From NCBI RefSeq assembly GCF_001949145.1, contig NW_019091361.1, positions 434,001 to 498,000 on the forward strand: a stretch of DNA of 64,000 bases, read 5' to 3'. The DNA is from Acanthaster planci. Its lineage: Eukaryota. The position numbers and the translations under genes are program-made. Under the pieces are notes generated by a model that made no database searches, was not told the origin of the DNA, and was given only the letters and a program-made list of their open reading frames with translations. Shown here piece by piece: positions 11,893 to 24,810 of this stretch (position 1 is its first letter; every line of letters begins with the position of its first letter).

Positions 11893-14622
11893 GCACAAGT
11901 CCCAATGTCTTATCCCCAGCGCAAATCATTTAATTACCCTTTAAAATTTACCAGATGGTGATAATATCATATATAAGAAATTGTTTCACCGTAGATGTTG
12001 AGCGTATGTTTACGACATTAAGTTTAGTACTGTACTTTGATATTGTAGCGTATCCTACGGATTGGGCTCTGACGCTAAAATAGACACACAGAGATATAGG
12101 TAGCCACAAATCGCCGTTCTGCCCAAGAAACCTTGGTTTTATTTCTCTAGCGTTGCAACACTGTGTTCTATCCCAAAAACTCTAGACATGGGACTGCGCA
12201 GGCGCGAGGCGGGAAAACCGCGGGCCGTTCGCATACGCTGGCAGCCAGCTAGCTCGATGCGGGTTCGAGCTGGCGCCCCCACCGGCCGGACCACAATATC
12301 ATTTTTTTAATTATTAAAGTAGACCGATAGAGGCCGCCATATTAAACGAGTCCGTCGCCATTTTGGATTGACCCATTGCATGAGCGAACTTTGCTGAGCT
12401 CAGCTGAGCATAAGCCTGTATCGTAGCCCTCGTAAGTTTCACTTTTGTTTATTTTGTACGTTTGTAATCGGGGAACTTGGAATAAATGTTGCATGCTGAC
12501 TCCTCTTCAGCAGTTGTGTACAAAGTCTATAGGGAGTGAAGAGAATTTTCTAAGTAGGCCTATTTCCCAACAACATCGGTCATGTCTGTAGCCTGGGGGT
12601 ACATGTAAATGTTCCTCAGTCCGGAATTCGTGTCTTTTCAGCATTTCTGTAAATGTGTAATGACCTTTATTGAGATGATATATGATGAAAAAGGTGGAGT
12701 CAGGATGCAACATTTTAACCGGGAACTTGAGGCACCTTTGCAGAATACCCCACTAACTGTATAATCCACTTCGTAGCCTGTGATATGTGGCAGCGCGGAC
12801 ATCCAGGATTCTCGCAAAATGACAGGTAGGCCTAGGCCTACTGCGCCGGTGAAAACAACGACCTTGGCGACGTACGCACGCACCTGCCAGTCCGAGCATT
12901 GGGTTATACAATCTTTTCTTTGATCTGTACATACGTGCGCGCTCGTTGCAGTTGTTTTCACCGGCAGCGGTGTAGGCCTAGGCTTAGTTGCTACCCGTAT
13001 TTTTGTGGAACTCCCGGATGTCTGCGCTGCCCCATAGGCCTAGGCCGAAATTGTCTTTTAACGGGGTTTGGACAATTCGACCATTTGCCAACTCGACTTC
13101 GGACAACTAAACCATTGAGATAACTCGACCGTTGAGACAACTCAACCATCCGTGCGTATTACGCAAAAAAGGAGAGACAGGCCGTCCGTTGAGATACTTT
13201 GTCCGCTCAGCCCAGTCGTCTGCTGAGACGACGGTGTGTAATACTCTGCCTTAACCCTCCTATGCTGNCACAAGTCCCAATGTCTTATCCCCAGCGCAAA
13301 TCATTTAATTACCCTTCAAAATTTACCAGATGGTGATAATATCATATATAAGAAATTGTTTCACCGTAGGCTAGATGCTGAGCATATGTTTACGACATTA
13401 TAAGTTTAGTACTGTACTTTGATATTGTAGCGTATCCTACGGATTGGGCTCTGACGCTAATATAGACACACATAGGTAGCCACAAATCGCCGTTCTGCCC
13501 AAGAAACCTTGGTTTTATTTCTCTAGCGTTGCAACACTATGTTCTACCCCAAAAGCTCTAGACCGCGGGCCGTTCGCATACCAGCGGGGCAGCCTGGTAG
13601 CTCCATGCGGGTCCGAGCTGGCGCCCCCACCGGCCGGACTACAAAATCATTTTTTTAATTATTAAAGTAGACCGATAGAGGGCGCCATATTGGACGAGTC
13701 TGTCGCCATTTTGGATTGATGATCCATTGCATGAGCGAACTTTGCTGAGCTCAGCTGAGCATAGGCCTGTATCGTAGCCCTCGTAAGTTTCACTTTTGTT
13801 TGTTTTGTACGTTTGTAATCGGGGAACTTGGAAAAAATGTTGCATGCTGACTCCTCTTGAGCAGTTGTGTACAAAGTCTATGGGGAGTGAAGACAATTTT
13901 CTAAGTAGGCCTAGGCCTATTATTTCCAAACAACATGCAACATCGGTCATGCATCATGTCTGTAGGTACATGTAAATCATGTTCCTCAGTCCAGAATTCG
14001 TGTCTTTTCAGCATTTCTGTAAATGTGTAATGACTGACTTTTATTGAGATGATATATGATGAGAAAAGTGGAGTCAGGATGCAACATTTTAACCGGGAAC
14101 TTTAGGCACGATTGCAGAATACCACACTAACTGTATAATCCACTTCGTAGCCTGTGATATGGGGCAGTGCGGACATGCAGGATTCTCGCAAAATGACAGG
14201 TAGGCCTAGGCCTACTGCGCTGGTGAAAACAGCGACCTTGGCGACGTACGCACGCACTAGCCAGTCCGAGGATTGGGTTATACAATCTTTTCTTTGATCT
14301 GTACATATATGCGCGCTCGTTGCAGTTGTTTTCACCGGCTGTGGTGTAGGCCTAGGCTTAGATGCTACCCTTATTTTTGTGAAACTCCCGGATGTCCGCG
14401 CTGCTGCCTAGGCCTAAATTGTCCTTTAACGGGGTTCAGACAATTTGACCGTTTGCCAACTCGACTTCGGACAACTCGACTACTGAGATAACTCGACCAT
14501 TGAGACAACTCGACCGTCCATGCGTATTACGCAAAAAAGGAGAGACAAGTCGTCTGTTGAGATACTTTGTCTGTTCAGCCCAGTCGTCTGCTGAGACGAC
14601 GGTGTGTAATACTCTGCCTTAA
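11893..14622. repeat. Two tandem, moderately diverged copies of a 1.36-kb segment (11893-13253 and 13269-14622)
   Basis: Both copies begin cacaagtcccaatgtcttatccccagcg and end gtgtaatactctgccttaa. They are bounded by an N gap and a single N, so they may be two haplotypes placed in tandem. Confidence 0.9.
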
Positions 14623-15532
14623 TAATGGAAGAGAATTTCATGTTGTAGACATGGTAGATAGACAAGCCAAATTTCTAAGGTATTGTAAAGATGGTGGCCG
14701 TAGTAAGTTGCACAATCTAGTTCCGTATCGCTTGAAATAAAAACCTACCTCCTTTGTGTTCTTCAGTTTTACATTCTCAGACAGGTTCTGTTTTAAAGGT
14801 GAAATGTAGGCCTACGTGTAAGCTTCTTGTTGAACAAAACTTGTTCTGGGAAAATTTCTAGAAAAGAAACTTTGGCCAGATTTCTGATTCACACTTTGTT
14901 ATTTTTGAGCAGTTTGTCAAAAATCATAGTACTTAGGCCTAGCAGGAAAAAAAATTATATGTGATATAGTGATATGTCACTCACTACAAGTGATCCCAAA
15001 TACTTTTTTCATACTCAACAGTCATATAAACTTTTGCATGTAATGTCTGTTTAATCAAAATTACGTTCAAAGTGTCTGTTTTATTATAACTGGCCTAAAA
15101 CAGAACGCATATTGTTTCCTAGTTTTGGATCGCGCATTAAGTGCATGCACGCAATATACGTTGCGAACTCATCTTACTATACGGACGTTGTGGAAATGTA
15201 CGTCAGGTAATGGGTTCATCAACTCTGCAGCGCAAGGTAGTATCATTGATGGTTCGCACTGTGCAGCTGAAAAAGTTCACACGCAAGATCCGCTTTTTTA
15301 AACTCATTGAAATTCTTATTTATAAACTAATTATCTCTAAATTAAGACATTTTTCATTGGAAAATCAGCTTTTCACAATGGGTCTGGCTGAAAATATATT
15401 TTGCGGCTCGCATGGCTACCGTCCGGAAACCAGTCCAGAATGAGGAAAAGTGTCATTGCTACTTTCGCCTATCCTGTACATCCAAGTTTAAAATTTGAAG
15501 TTAATTTGGTAGTATCTCATAAGCCCAGTTCG

Positions 15533-15717
15533 CACTGGACTTTTTGGGGGCAAACTTACCGAGACGATGGGTACTTTGCCCAAAAAAGGTCCAGTGTGGA
15601 TGTCCCGGGAAGACTTCCTCTCAGTTACTTTTCCTGAGCCGCGTGGGAATTTTTACCGGCCAACTTCTGGCCAGGAAGAATTCCTGAGACACTTTTCCCT
15701 AGACAGAAAGTCCAGTG
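15533..15717. mobile_element. Small CACTG-terminated inverted-repeat element (CACTA/EnSpm-like MITE candidate)
   Basis: cactggactttt at 15533 pairs with both aaaaggtccagtg (about 15596, forming a 64-bp hairpin) and aaagtccagtg (ending 15717). Confidence 0.45.
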
Positions 15718-18700
15718 CAGACAGTGCGAGTCAGAAACAGTGGCTCAGGGGAGCGTACATCCTGTTACTGGCAAGGTCAGGCTCACACGAACCCCGCGCA
15801 TGTGTGTTACAAGTGTCCATGTGACGTACACACTGCGAAGCTTAATTCTGGTTGCTGTGCAGTGATTTCGTGCTCTCGAGTCTCTCAAATGATGGCAGAT
15901 ATTATTACTGAAACAATTGGAAGTTTAATTGGGGCCACCAATGTATCATTGGAAGAACTGTCATGACTGGAAGTTTGTAAAAGGTGCGTGCGTGCTTGGG
16001 TCAAAGGATGAACATGAAAGGTCACACAAAGCACCCTCATGTGCCATTATAGTGACAGCTACGTGTGACATGTGACGTGCTACTCCTTTGCTCTTTGATC
16101 AAATATGCCACTCATTTCCGTGTCGGTTGCCAGGCTTAAAAAGCCAACCCTATCCCCCCCCCAAAAAAAAACAACCCGCATCGCCGCATCAATTCTGGAA
16201 CTTTGGTCTTGACCGGAGACCGAGTATTTGTTTTTTGGGCCCAATCATAAATCCTTTATTTTTTGCAGTCAGGAATAATCAGTGGGCTTTATTGTCAAGA
16301 TACATATTGCCATCTTGAAGCATCCTTCTCAGTTCACTTCATCTACTGAACACGTGACCTGATTTTTTAAATTACCTTTTGCATCACAGTGAAGGATAAT
16401 AGTTTGCCATGTTGCATCAAGTTCACATCCACACATTAAATTTTTAGAAAATTTATAAAGGAATCACCTCAGGTTTGATTCAAGATGGCTGACATGAGAA
16501 TAGGGCCAATGGAAATGAAATATTCTTCATTGTACATGTACACGCATGGCATTACATACACTTTTATGATGTTATGTTCTAACCTGCCAGATACCATTCC
16601 ATCCAGGTTAATGGAGTTTGCTTTTGTCATACCGTTTCAGCTCAAACACACCCAAGTCAGAGAAGATGCCGACTGTTTGGCCGAAGAACCCAATGGCTCT
16701 ATGGAAGCCTTACATCCGAGAGATAGGTCCTTTCCTCTTCCCGTGTATACTAATCACAGGGTATCTCATGGGGAAAGCTACCATGATTGGATGTACGTTG
16801 AATTGTATCACACAGATCCCCCCCCCCACACCAGTGTAGATTCTGTCGATCATGCCTCATTCAAACTGGACTCATGATAAACGTGTTTCTATAAAATGGA
16901 GTTGATTGAACTTGTAAGATGGTGGAATGGGATAGTGGATATATTTGGATGTTAGCAACCGCTAAGATGTTTTCTGACCTTAGATGGTACGAATGCAAAG
17001 CACCGGGTAACCTTCTAGGATGAAAGAGCACTGGCACATAAGTGTGAAAGTGCTGGCTCATTTGTTGGCCATAAATATTGTTCGCTATCNNNNNNNNNNN
17101 NNNNNNNNNNNNNNNNNNNNNNNNNNNNNNNNNNNNNNNNNNNNNNNNNNNNNNNNNNNNNNNNNNNNNNNNNNNNNNNNNNNNNNNNNNNNNNNNNNNN
17201 NNNNNNNNNNNNNNNNNNNNNNNNNNNNNNNNNNNNNNNNNNNNNNNNNNNNNNNNNNNNNNNNNNNNNNNNNNNNNNNNNNNNNNNNNNNNNNNNNNNN
17301 NNNNNNNNNNNNNNNNNNNNNNNNNNNNNNNNNNNNNNNNNNNNNNNNNNNNNNNNNNNNNNNNNNNNNNNNNNNNNNNNNNNNNNNNNNNNNNNNNNNN
17401 NNNNNNNNNNNNNNNNNNNNNNNNNNNNNNNNNNNNNNNNNNNNNNNNNNNNNNNNNNNNNNNNNNNNNNNNNNNNNNNNNNNNNNNNNNNNNNNNNNNN
17501 NNNNNNNNNNNNNNNNNNNNNNNNNNNNNNNNNNNNNNNNNNNNNNNNNNGGTTTTGTTCTGGCACGTAAATGTGAAAGTGCTGGCTCATTTGTTGGCCA
17601 CAAATATTGTTCCTTATCGGTTTTGTTCAGAACTGTTTTGGGATTGTAGATACTTGCACAAGATGAAAGGGAGAATTGGATGGTGAACACTGAAAAATGT
17701 AAACAATAAATATGAACATGAAGTTAACCTTTTTTTGTTCTTTCTCACAGTGAGAGAAAACAGGAAGCAACAAGCTCTGGAATGTAAGTAATGAATAAAC
17801 ATCTTTTTCTTTCGAAAAAGATGATTTAAATCACAAGCCTTCTAACTTTTATTATTTAAAAAATCTGAAAATCATTACACTGTGGTGGAGCATTGCTGAA
17901 TTCTAGCAAACTTTATTCTATTGACACCAGTTGTGATTACAGTGATTAGAATACAGTGCTGTGTGAAAAAATACTCAACATTTTCAGTCCTCTGTACGTC
18001 ATACAAAATAAAATCCAGTAACAGAACATTGTGAATGAGTCAAGATTGAACGCTATACAGTTGTACTGCAGTATATTTTGGGAGATTACAAGCAATGTAC
18101 AAGTCGCCTTTTGCCATTGCGTATTTGTTTTATCAGCATCTGGCCACCATTAACCCAGTGGAGTGTCTAGTTGCAACTTTGTTGGATTCTGACAATGTCT
18201 GTGCTCTCCTTTCTTCATCGTCTCAACCCATCCATGGCTGGACTACTCAACTACCCCAACATCATCATGTGACATGAAATGTGCCAATGCGAAGTCAAAA
18301 ACTGTCCGGCACTCCTTTCTGTTACTTTTATTCAAATGTTCATTATTGAATGTCATCTTAAATCATCAAATTATCTTCATTGACTTACACATGTATTATG
18401 AATAAGTCAGTCTTGTGTGCTAGGTTAACAGTTTTTGGTTGACTTTCTCTTTGGATATCAATCAAATATCAATTGATTTTGTCCTTCACGCAGTACAAAC
18501 ATACATGATCAGTTTGAAGGAATTTGGTTTCAACCATATTTTTCTCATCCCTCAGCAGAATTTCTCCTTGTTGTGAAGTGAAGTACTTTTTTTTCCTTCC
18601 TAAACACTGTACCAACTTTACCCAGTAACAAAGCACAGTATTTGTCACCAGCATACATGAGCGTGTAGAGTGCCTATATTCACACAAAACCTGCTGAGTG

Positions 18701-19896
18701 TGTAAGGTAAACTCACACCCTGACATTTCAACATTGTTTACTTTCGGCAGTTTTCAATAAATGTTTGAGAGTACTCTAGGAGCAATGGTACCAATTCTAG
18801 TGGTCCGGCAGGGCGTTATGTTGTGTATTGTCAGCGAAATATTTGAGATGATAAAAATCTGATTTAAAGGAGAGCTCAGTCCCTTTACGATTAGTTTCAG
18901 TGTTTAATTGATCCTCCATGAAAATTTGAATTGGGAAGTTTATTTAAAAGTTGCGGTTGCATGGGTTGCTAGAAATTTAAAGGGAATGTTTATCCAGAGA
19001 TAAGTTGAAGATTTATTCCTTTAGAATTGGCATAGATTCTTAATGTGTGATCTATTTTACTTCTTCAGTGGATTTCATCGTTTTGGGAAAGCACTGTGCT
19101 TACTATGAATAGCCACGGCTGTTCTTTGTTCAACAGATTTTGCTGTGTACATCCTAGCAAATTATACTCATAAAATAACAAAACAGGATTTGTTACAATT
19201 GAAGACATTTTCATGCTATTTTAAGTCTCATTATTTGAGTGTTCCTGATGGGTCCGTGTAATTCTGTTAAGTGACTTCATTGGCCGTATTTAGTCTCAAA
19301 AAAGAAAAGTCAGATATTTTAAGGGTTTGCCACACATTTTAATCACTGAGGTCCTTCAATCAAGCAATATTGCACATACTACCATCCTTAACCTCAACCT
19401 TTGTTGTCAGCAATTTTATAGTTGTGGCCATCTCATGTGTGGGTGAAGCCACAAGCTGCTTATGACAAAATCATTTTGTTGTCGTTCACCCAATTAACTT
19501 TGACTGGATTTTGTGAAAGGATTTGTGATGGACTCGACTACGGCACTGGTCTTTGGCAAGTTTTATTGGAGCTCGTCTTGTTTTTTCTGTTCCTTCTTCG
19601 CCTGGGGGCAGTGCGAGGCCACCCTGGGGGGTGGGGATTAAGACAGATGAGTTTTGTCTCATTTCTTTCTCTCTAAAAAGCCTGCCAACAAAACCCAGCA
19701 AAATTGAGCCTTTACCCTTTGAAAGGACATGAAAAGTTACATAAAAAGCACAATTTTCTACCCCCACCCACCAACAAAAAACCCCAAATTTGCCCCTCCC
19801 CGGAGAGTTGGTTGTGGATCCGCCTTATGAGTGCACTACCCCTTGCGCTTTGTCATAATGGCGTCATGTGCAGTACACACAGTCTCGAAGGCGACT

Positions 19897-20131
19897 TTTA
19901 AAGAGCACCTCTAAGGAAATTGTTTTCTCAGATTTTATCGGTTCAAATAAATATGGAAGCGTCCAAATCAAACGTAGTGTCACTTGCCTTCAGAACTCAA
20001 CTGTAACAAGCTAAAAGGGTTTTTTTCTAGTCATGTGAAGTTGCGAATTCTGAATGTAGTTTGCGTCATTCAGAGAAAACGAGGGAAACCTTCGGCCAGT
20101 GTTCGTAGTGGATAAACCCTTGTGCATGCCA
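19897..20131 (+). repeat. Dispersed repeat copy, inverted relative to 8637-8885
   Basis: See 8637-8885. Shared blocks include tgcgtcattcagagaaaacgaggg and gtggataaacccttgtg. Confidence 0.7.
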
Positions 20132-20459
20132 AACAATGGCTTGGCGTGCACAGTCTATTTACAAGGGCAGATCGAGGGGGACTTTATTTTTTTAATGTAA
20201 CCTTTCAGGCCTTTCGGAGGGGTGAGGCTACTTGGAGAACTTTGCATGCGTTTTGGAAGGAAGGGAAATGGAACTGACAAAAACGCCTTTTTATTTCATT
20301 TCATATTTCTCAGGGAATACAGACGCAGGGTACAAATCTATGTGAAACAACAGACTTAACATTTGCTAACACCCCTGAAGGATAACCTAAAAGCAAACTC
20401 AATCACTGTCGAGAGGGTCTGACGTTGCGTCCCACGCTAAGGTTGACCGCGACCTTACA

Positions 20460-20800
20460 CAAGAGCACCGAGATATTGTTGCTAGCACTGTCCGAAGTTT
20501 CACTGACTCTGGTCCTTCCTCCATGCTCTGGTGACCTCCCCCCCTAACGCAACCAAACTGGTCGTTCCCAACCCACGCACGACAGTCTTCTACTTGCCAC
20601 CATGGTTACCCAAGATCACAAACCCGGAAATCCAGGCCGCCCCATCATGTCTGCGTGTAGTTGTCCCACTGAATTGATATCCAACTTCATTGACACCATT
20701 CTAACACCCATTGTCAAAACGCTCTCCAGCAATGTTAAGGATACTAATCACACTCTACGTCTGTTCGATGAATAAGTGTTCCCAGGTTCATTCAACTATC
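20460..20800 (+). mobile_element. Penelope-like retroelement reverse transcriptase N-terminal fragment (degenerate)
   Basis: Manual translation gives GDLPPNATKLVVPNPRTTVFYL, then after a frameshift PGRPIMSACSCPTELISNFIDTILTPIVKTLSSNVKDTNHTLRLFDE-stop. This matches the FYxLPKIHK...PGRPIVS...S-Y-IKDT pattern of Penelope-like RTs. Confidence 0.75.
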
Positions 20801-21233
20801 TTTGTGCAGAACTGAATCTGCTTGCCCTGAAAAAGGTACTCATTCCACCAAAAAGTTTATTTCTACGGTGCTCTGTGAGTGCCATCCGACTTGTTCAGAT
20901 AGAGATAATTCCCTAATTATGTAAAGGTTAATTACCTGAAATATAATTAGAATTATATGAGATAAGGGAGGGGAGATTCACCTCGTAGATTGCCCCTCGT
21001 GATGTAGTCTGATCCACCTTTGAAGTAATGGTATCGTCTTCCATTCACATTCAAATTTAAGTCAGTGCCCAGGTTCAGACCAATGCACCCTGACTCCACC
21101 TTGTAACGTTGTCTCTTTGAAGCTTGAATCGCTGCGTAAGATCAGGACTGGCGACGGTTTAGATTGGATCTCGGGAAGGGTAATAAACACTTTGCGTGTA
21201 GCAAAAGGAGAAAGAATAAAGGAAGGAGGGAGT

Positions 21234-21343
21234 TGAGTCTCTCCTCCCTTATCTCATATAATTTTAATTATATTTCAGGTAATTAACCTTTACATAATTA
21301 GAGAATTATATTTCGCTTATCTCGGAGAGGCTCACCTCGTAGA
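21234..21343 (-). other. DIRS internal complementary region (ICR)
   Basis: The first part is complementary to the left terminus (20905-20980) and the second part to the right terminus (24992-25031); the two halves are joined at AATT. Confidence 0.9.
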
Positions 21344-21369
21344 CTTCAAAGCACATCTGCAATCTAAGC

Positions 21370-21800
21370 CTACGTCAGCACTCCTTGATCGTAGATCGTC
21401 TTGTCAGGATGTCTACAGTAAAAGTCTGCAAACGTCTTCGATGAAGACCAATCTGCTGTCTTCAGAATGTCACCCATTGTAACACCAGCAAGTTTTGCTG
21501 CTGAGGATGATGCACTCCTAGTAGAGTGTGCTTTATAGCACGAGGTGTCAATACCAGCTGCTGCCATGATCGATTTTAACCAGCGTGCAATGGTTGAAGA
21601 GGTCAGCATCAAAGCATCCACAGCCCAAGCAGAGGGATCGGGTCTGCACGAAAAAACTTCTGAAGTTGGGTGTTTAGCCAGCTTGCAAATAGGTCGACTT
21701 CTGGCTGGAACGCAAAGCTGTCCATGATCTTCCGGAAGATTTGAGGAAGAAGACACCATTCGGCACTGTCGTTGAACTGTCTCGACATCATGTCCACCGT
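21370..21800 (-). pseudogene. DIRS methyltransferase N-terminal remnant fused by deletion to the tyrosine recombinase C-terminus
   Basis: EWCLLPQIF...PEVDLFASWLNTQL...AWAVDALM joins directly to SSTIARWLKSIMAAAGIDTSCYKAHSTRSASSSAA...ADWSSSKTFADFY (HxxR motif and catalytic Tyr of the YR). Confidence 0.85.
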
Positions 21801-21806
21801 GGCATT

Positions 21807-23110
21807 CTACAACCCCGGAAGATGCTCTGCCGAAATCACTATGCCCCGGCGAAGACACCAAACCCAAATCTGTACCGCCAGACGTGACAACTGTTGGTTG
21901 TGTGTTCCTCCCTTGTGAAAGATATATGCCACTGTCGAAGTACTGTCCTTGTGCACCCGAACGTGCAGTGTTGCTGCAACAGGCCAGAAGTGACTGGAGC
22001 GCATACCACACACTGCCAGAAGTTCCAAATAATGGATGTGACTGAACTGTTCTTGGCGCGTCCAGCGACCTCCCGTTTGGGTCTCGCCGAGGCACGCACC
22101 CCATCCCACCAGTGATGCATCGGTTTGAAGATGAAGGTCGGGGGGTGTCCTGCCGAAAGAATTATTGTCGACTCGTAGGACTTGCTCTTCTGAAGAACGC
22201 GGTTCTGGTCGTTTAGCAGGCAACGATAAAAAAGAGGCGCTGGAAGCACCGCTTGAATGGTTGATGACATTCGGCCTATAAGACTCGCTACATCGCGAAA
22301 GGTGAGGTCGTTGGACTGCTGAACTTGATGGCAGTGAGATACAATTTTGTACAACTTTTCTTGTGTTAGGGATAGTGTCATGTGCTCGGAGTTTATGACG
22401 AACCCCAAGTAAACAAGTTCTCTGGTAGGCTCCAGATGAGACTTGAAAAAAATTTAGCACAAAGCCTAGACTCTGTAGAAGCAGAAGGGTCCGTTGCACG
22501 TTCTTTCTGCATTCTTTGAGTGTAGCTCCCAACACTAGACTATCGTCCAGGTAGAACACACAAAGGATTCCCTCCTGGCGAAGGAATGCTGTGACGGGTT
22601 TTAGAATTTTTGTAAATGCCCGAGGAGAACTGGACAGGCCAAATGGTAGGCACGTAAACTGGAAAATCTGTCCTAGCCAAACAAACCGGAGAAATTTGCG
22701 ATGAGGCGGATGTATCGGTACCGAAAAATAAGCATCCTTCAGATCTATGTAGGCTAGGTAATCGTTCGGATGTAGCAAACTTTTTACTCTTGTTAGCCCT
22801 CCATCTTGAAGTGATGATACTGAATAAATCTGTTTAGGGGCCGTAAATTAAAAATAGGCCTGAGATCTCCATTTTTCTTTGGAATGAGGAACGCAGAAAA
22901 AATGAACTGACCTGCAACTTGTTTCTCTCTGGTAATTGCTCCCTTTTCCAGCATTAACTCTATTTCTGCTGAAATAGATGCTTTCTGTGTTGCACCGGTG
23001 TCTGGAGAAGCTCGAGATGATACCCTTGGATGCTGTCTAATATACCTATGGGTCCTGAGTCACTAAAAACCACTGATGACGAAAATATTGGAGGCGCCCG
23101 GCCTGTGGAC
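21807..23110 (-). pseudogene. DIRS reverse transcriptase / RNase H remnant with frameshifts
   Basis: Motifs IDLKDAYFSVPI, FQFTCLPFGLSSSPRAFTK, YLDD, LQTDASLVGWGA and ISAEHLPG. Frameshifts near 22790 and 22445, and a deletion near 22155. Confidence 0.9.
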
Positions 23111-24810
23111 GGAGTGGTTTGTCGCTTAGTTTTTTTAAACTCTGCTGCTCAAACGAGCGAAAGCTACGTGCCGGTTTTGAACCATCACTCCCTTTGACAA
23201 CTGGTGTATTACGGCTGAAGTTGCGAAAGGAACTGCGGCTGAAGGCACCACGACGTCCCCTGCTCTGCGAACGTGCCATAGCATGACGGTATGGCGCGAA
23301 CCGCTTCTCCTTCTGGGTTGTAGAAAAGCCCTTCGTCACCTTCGCTGCTAATTTATTCGCTTTCTCAGTCTCTTCAATGTCTTTCATAATCGAAGAACCA
23401 AACAGTTCACTCATGGATGGGGAATTTTTGCGAAGGACATCAAAACGCTTATCCACAATCTCATCAAAAAGATGTTGACGTTCCATAGCCAAATTCTAGC
23501 TTGCCGAACCCAGTAGAATCAAAGCTGAAGTCAAATGTTCAACAACAAGATTTTTACTCACTGAGTCAGGGCACTCCGTATCCACCATAGCATCAAACAG
23601 ATGAAGAGGTGGCAAAGCTGACTTCAAAACATGTCCATGGACCGACTTAAAGCGGTCGTCCCCTGAAACAAGGGACGAATTAGCTTGCTTGAAGACCTTC
23701 TTAATCCCAGTTGGCAGTTCTGGAGGTTCAAAGTGGCCTACTTGATAAACTGTTACCACATGAGACTTTATTTCCTCTTTAAGGTCGTCTGGAGACAGCT
23801 TATTCGTTCTAAGATCTTTCCACCAGTCTAACACTTTATCAGATAAGGGCGTACCCGTGTCTTTACGATGAGGGTTGCGAAAGGAGTCTGATGCACCCGT
23901 CGGAGTAACCGATGCAGTGGAAATTGAGGAAGAATTGTCATCCTCCCCACTTCTAATAATATCAGTCTCTAAAGTTCCAATATTTGGTTCAACATTGCTC
24001 TGATCAGGCAAATGCTGAGCAGGTTGAGCAGGCACATATTGCTGTTGCATGGGCACCATCCAAGGAACAGACATACCATAAGGAATATATCCAGCAAGAA
24101 ATGAGACCGAGGGGTACCCCCAACATGTCCAATCCCTATACACATTCCAGACTATTGTTACTTAACACGTCCCCCCCCCAAGATGTCTGAAAGAAATTCC
24201 CCAGATTCCTGCGAGACAATGACCAACACAAAGCGGGGGGGGGTTCTCTCCGTCTCATACCTTGCTGCATATGATAAGGAAACATACTGTATGGAGGAAC
24301 CATTGTTGGCGTCATGGTTGGTTGAGCACCGCCCGTTTGTAGCATTCCGGGTTAGCGGCATACACAGGAACGTTAGGCTGCATAGGTATATTGTTCTACA
24401 TATTGCTGAATGGCGCGAAAGTTGAAATGGGCGTTGGCACGGCACGGGTAGGAGCATTGCAGCTTCCGATTCTGGATTGGGTGCTCGCCTGTTGCACTGG
24501 ATATGGTTGCCCGGGGTAAGTACAGCTGCTATGGCTCGATGTTACATGTGGGACCGGGTATGGCGGCCCGACCCCACGCTCAATATCAGGTGCCACCCAT
24601 GGCGAGGTAGACACCTTTGAGCTTCTCGTTGCGGCAGGAGCGACCCGTGGCGAGGTCATATTCATAGAAAGAGCCATATTCCTGTCCTCCTGATCTGGCA
24701 GAATCTCTTTAGTTGCCTTGGCTAGAATGTCTATAGATTCATCATCATCTGGAGGACGAGAAACTGTTTCAGGAGCTGATGAACGTGAACGATTTCTCTT
24801 AATTCCATAT
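23046..24810 (-). pseudogene. DIRS ORF1 (gag-like) remnant
   Basis: Consecutive minus-strand ORF pieces (24677-24396, 24345-24136, 24143-23496, 23492-23046) upstream of and overlapping the RT. Includes the ALILLGSAS...ERQ and ELFG motifs and a basic C-terminus typical of DIRS ORF1. Confidence 0.7.

Noticed and set aside
12507..14665. Paired ORFs (MKTTATSAH..., MGYTIFSLIC...) suggesting a duplicated gene
   Set aside because: No recognisable domain, and frame-disrupting indels between the two copies. Non-coding duplicated or allelic segment.
16485..17030. 130-aa ORF and neighbouring frames that look faintly coding
   Set aside because: No motif I can identify with confidence, and stops occur in all frames downstream. 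It may be a decayed pseudo-exon; needs tBLASTx.
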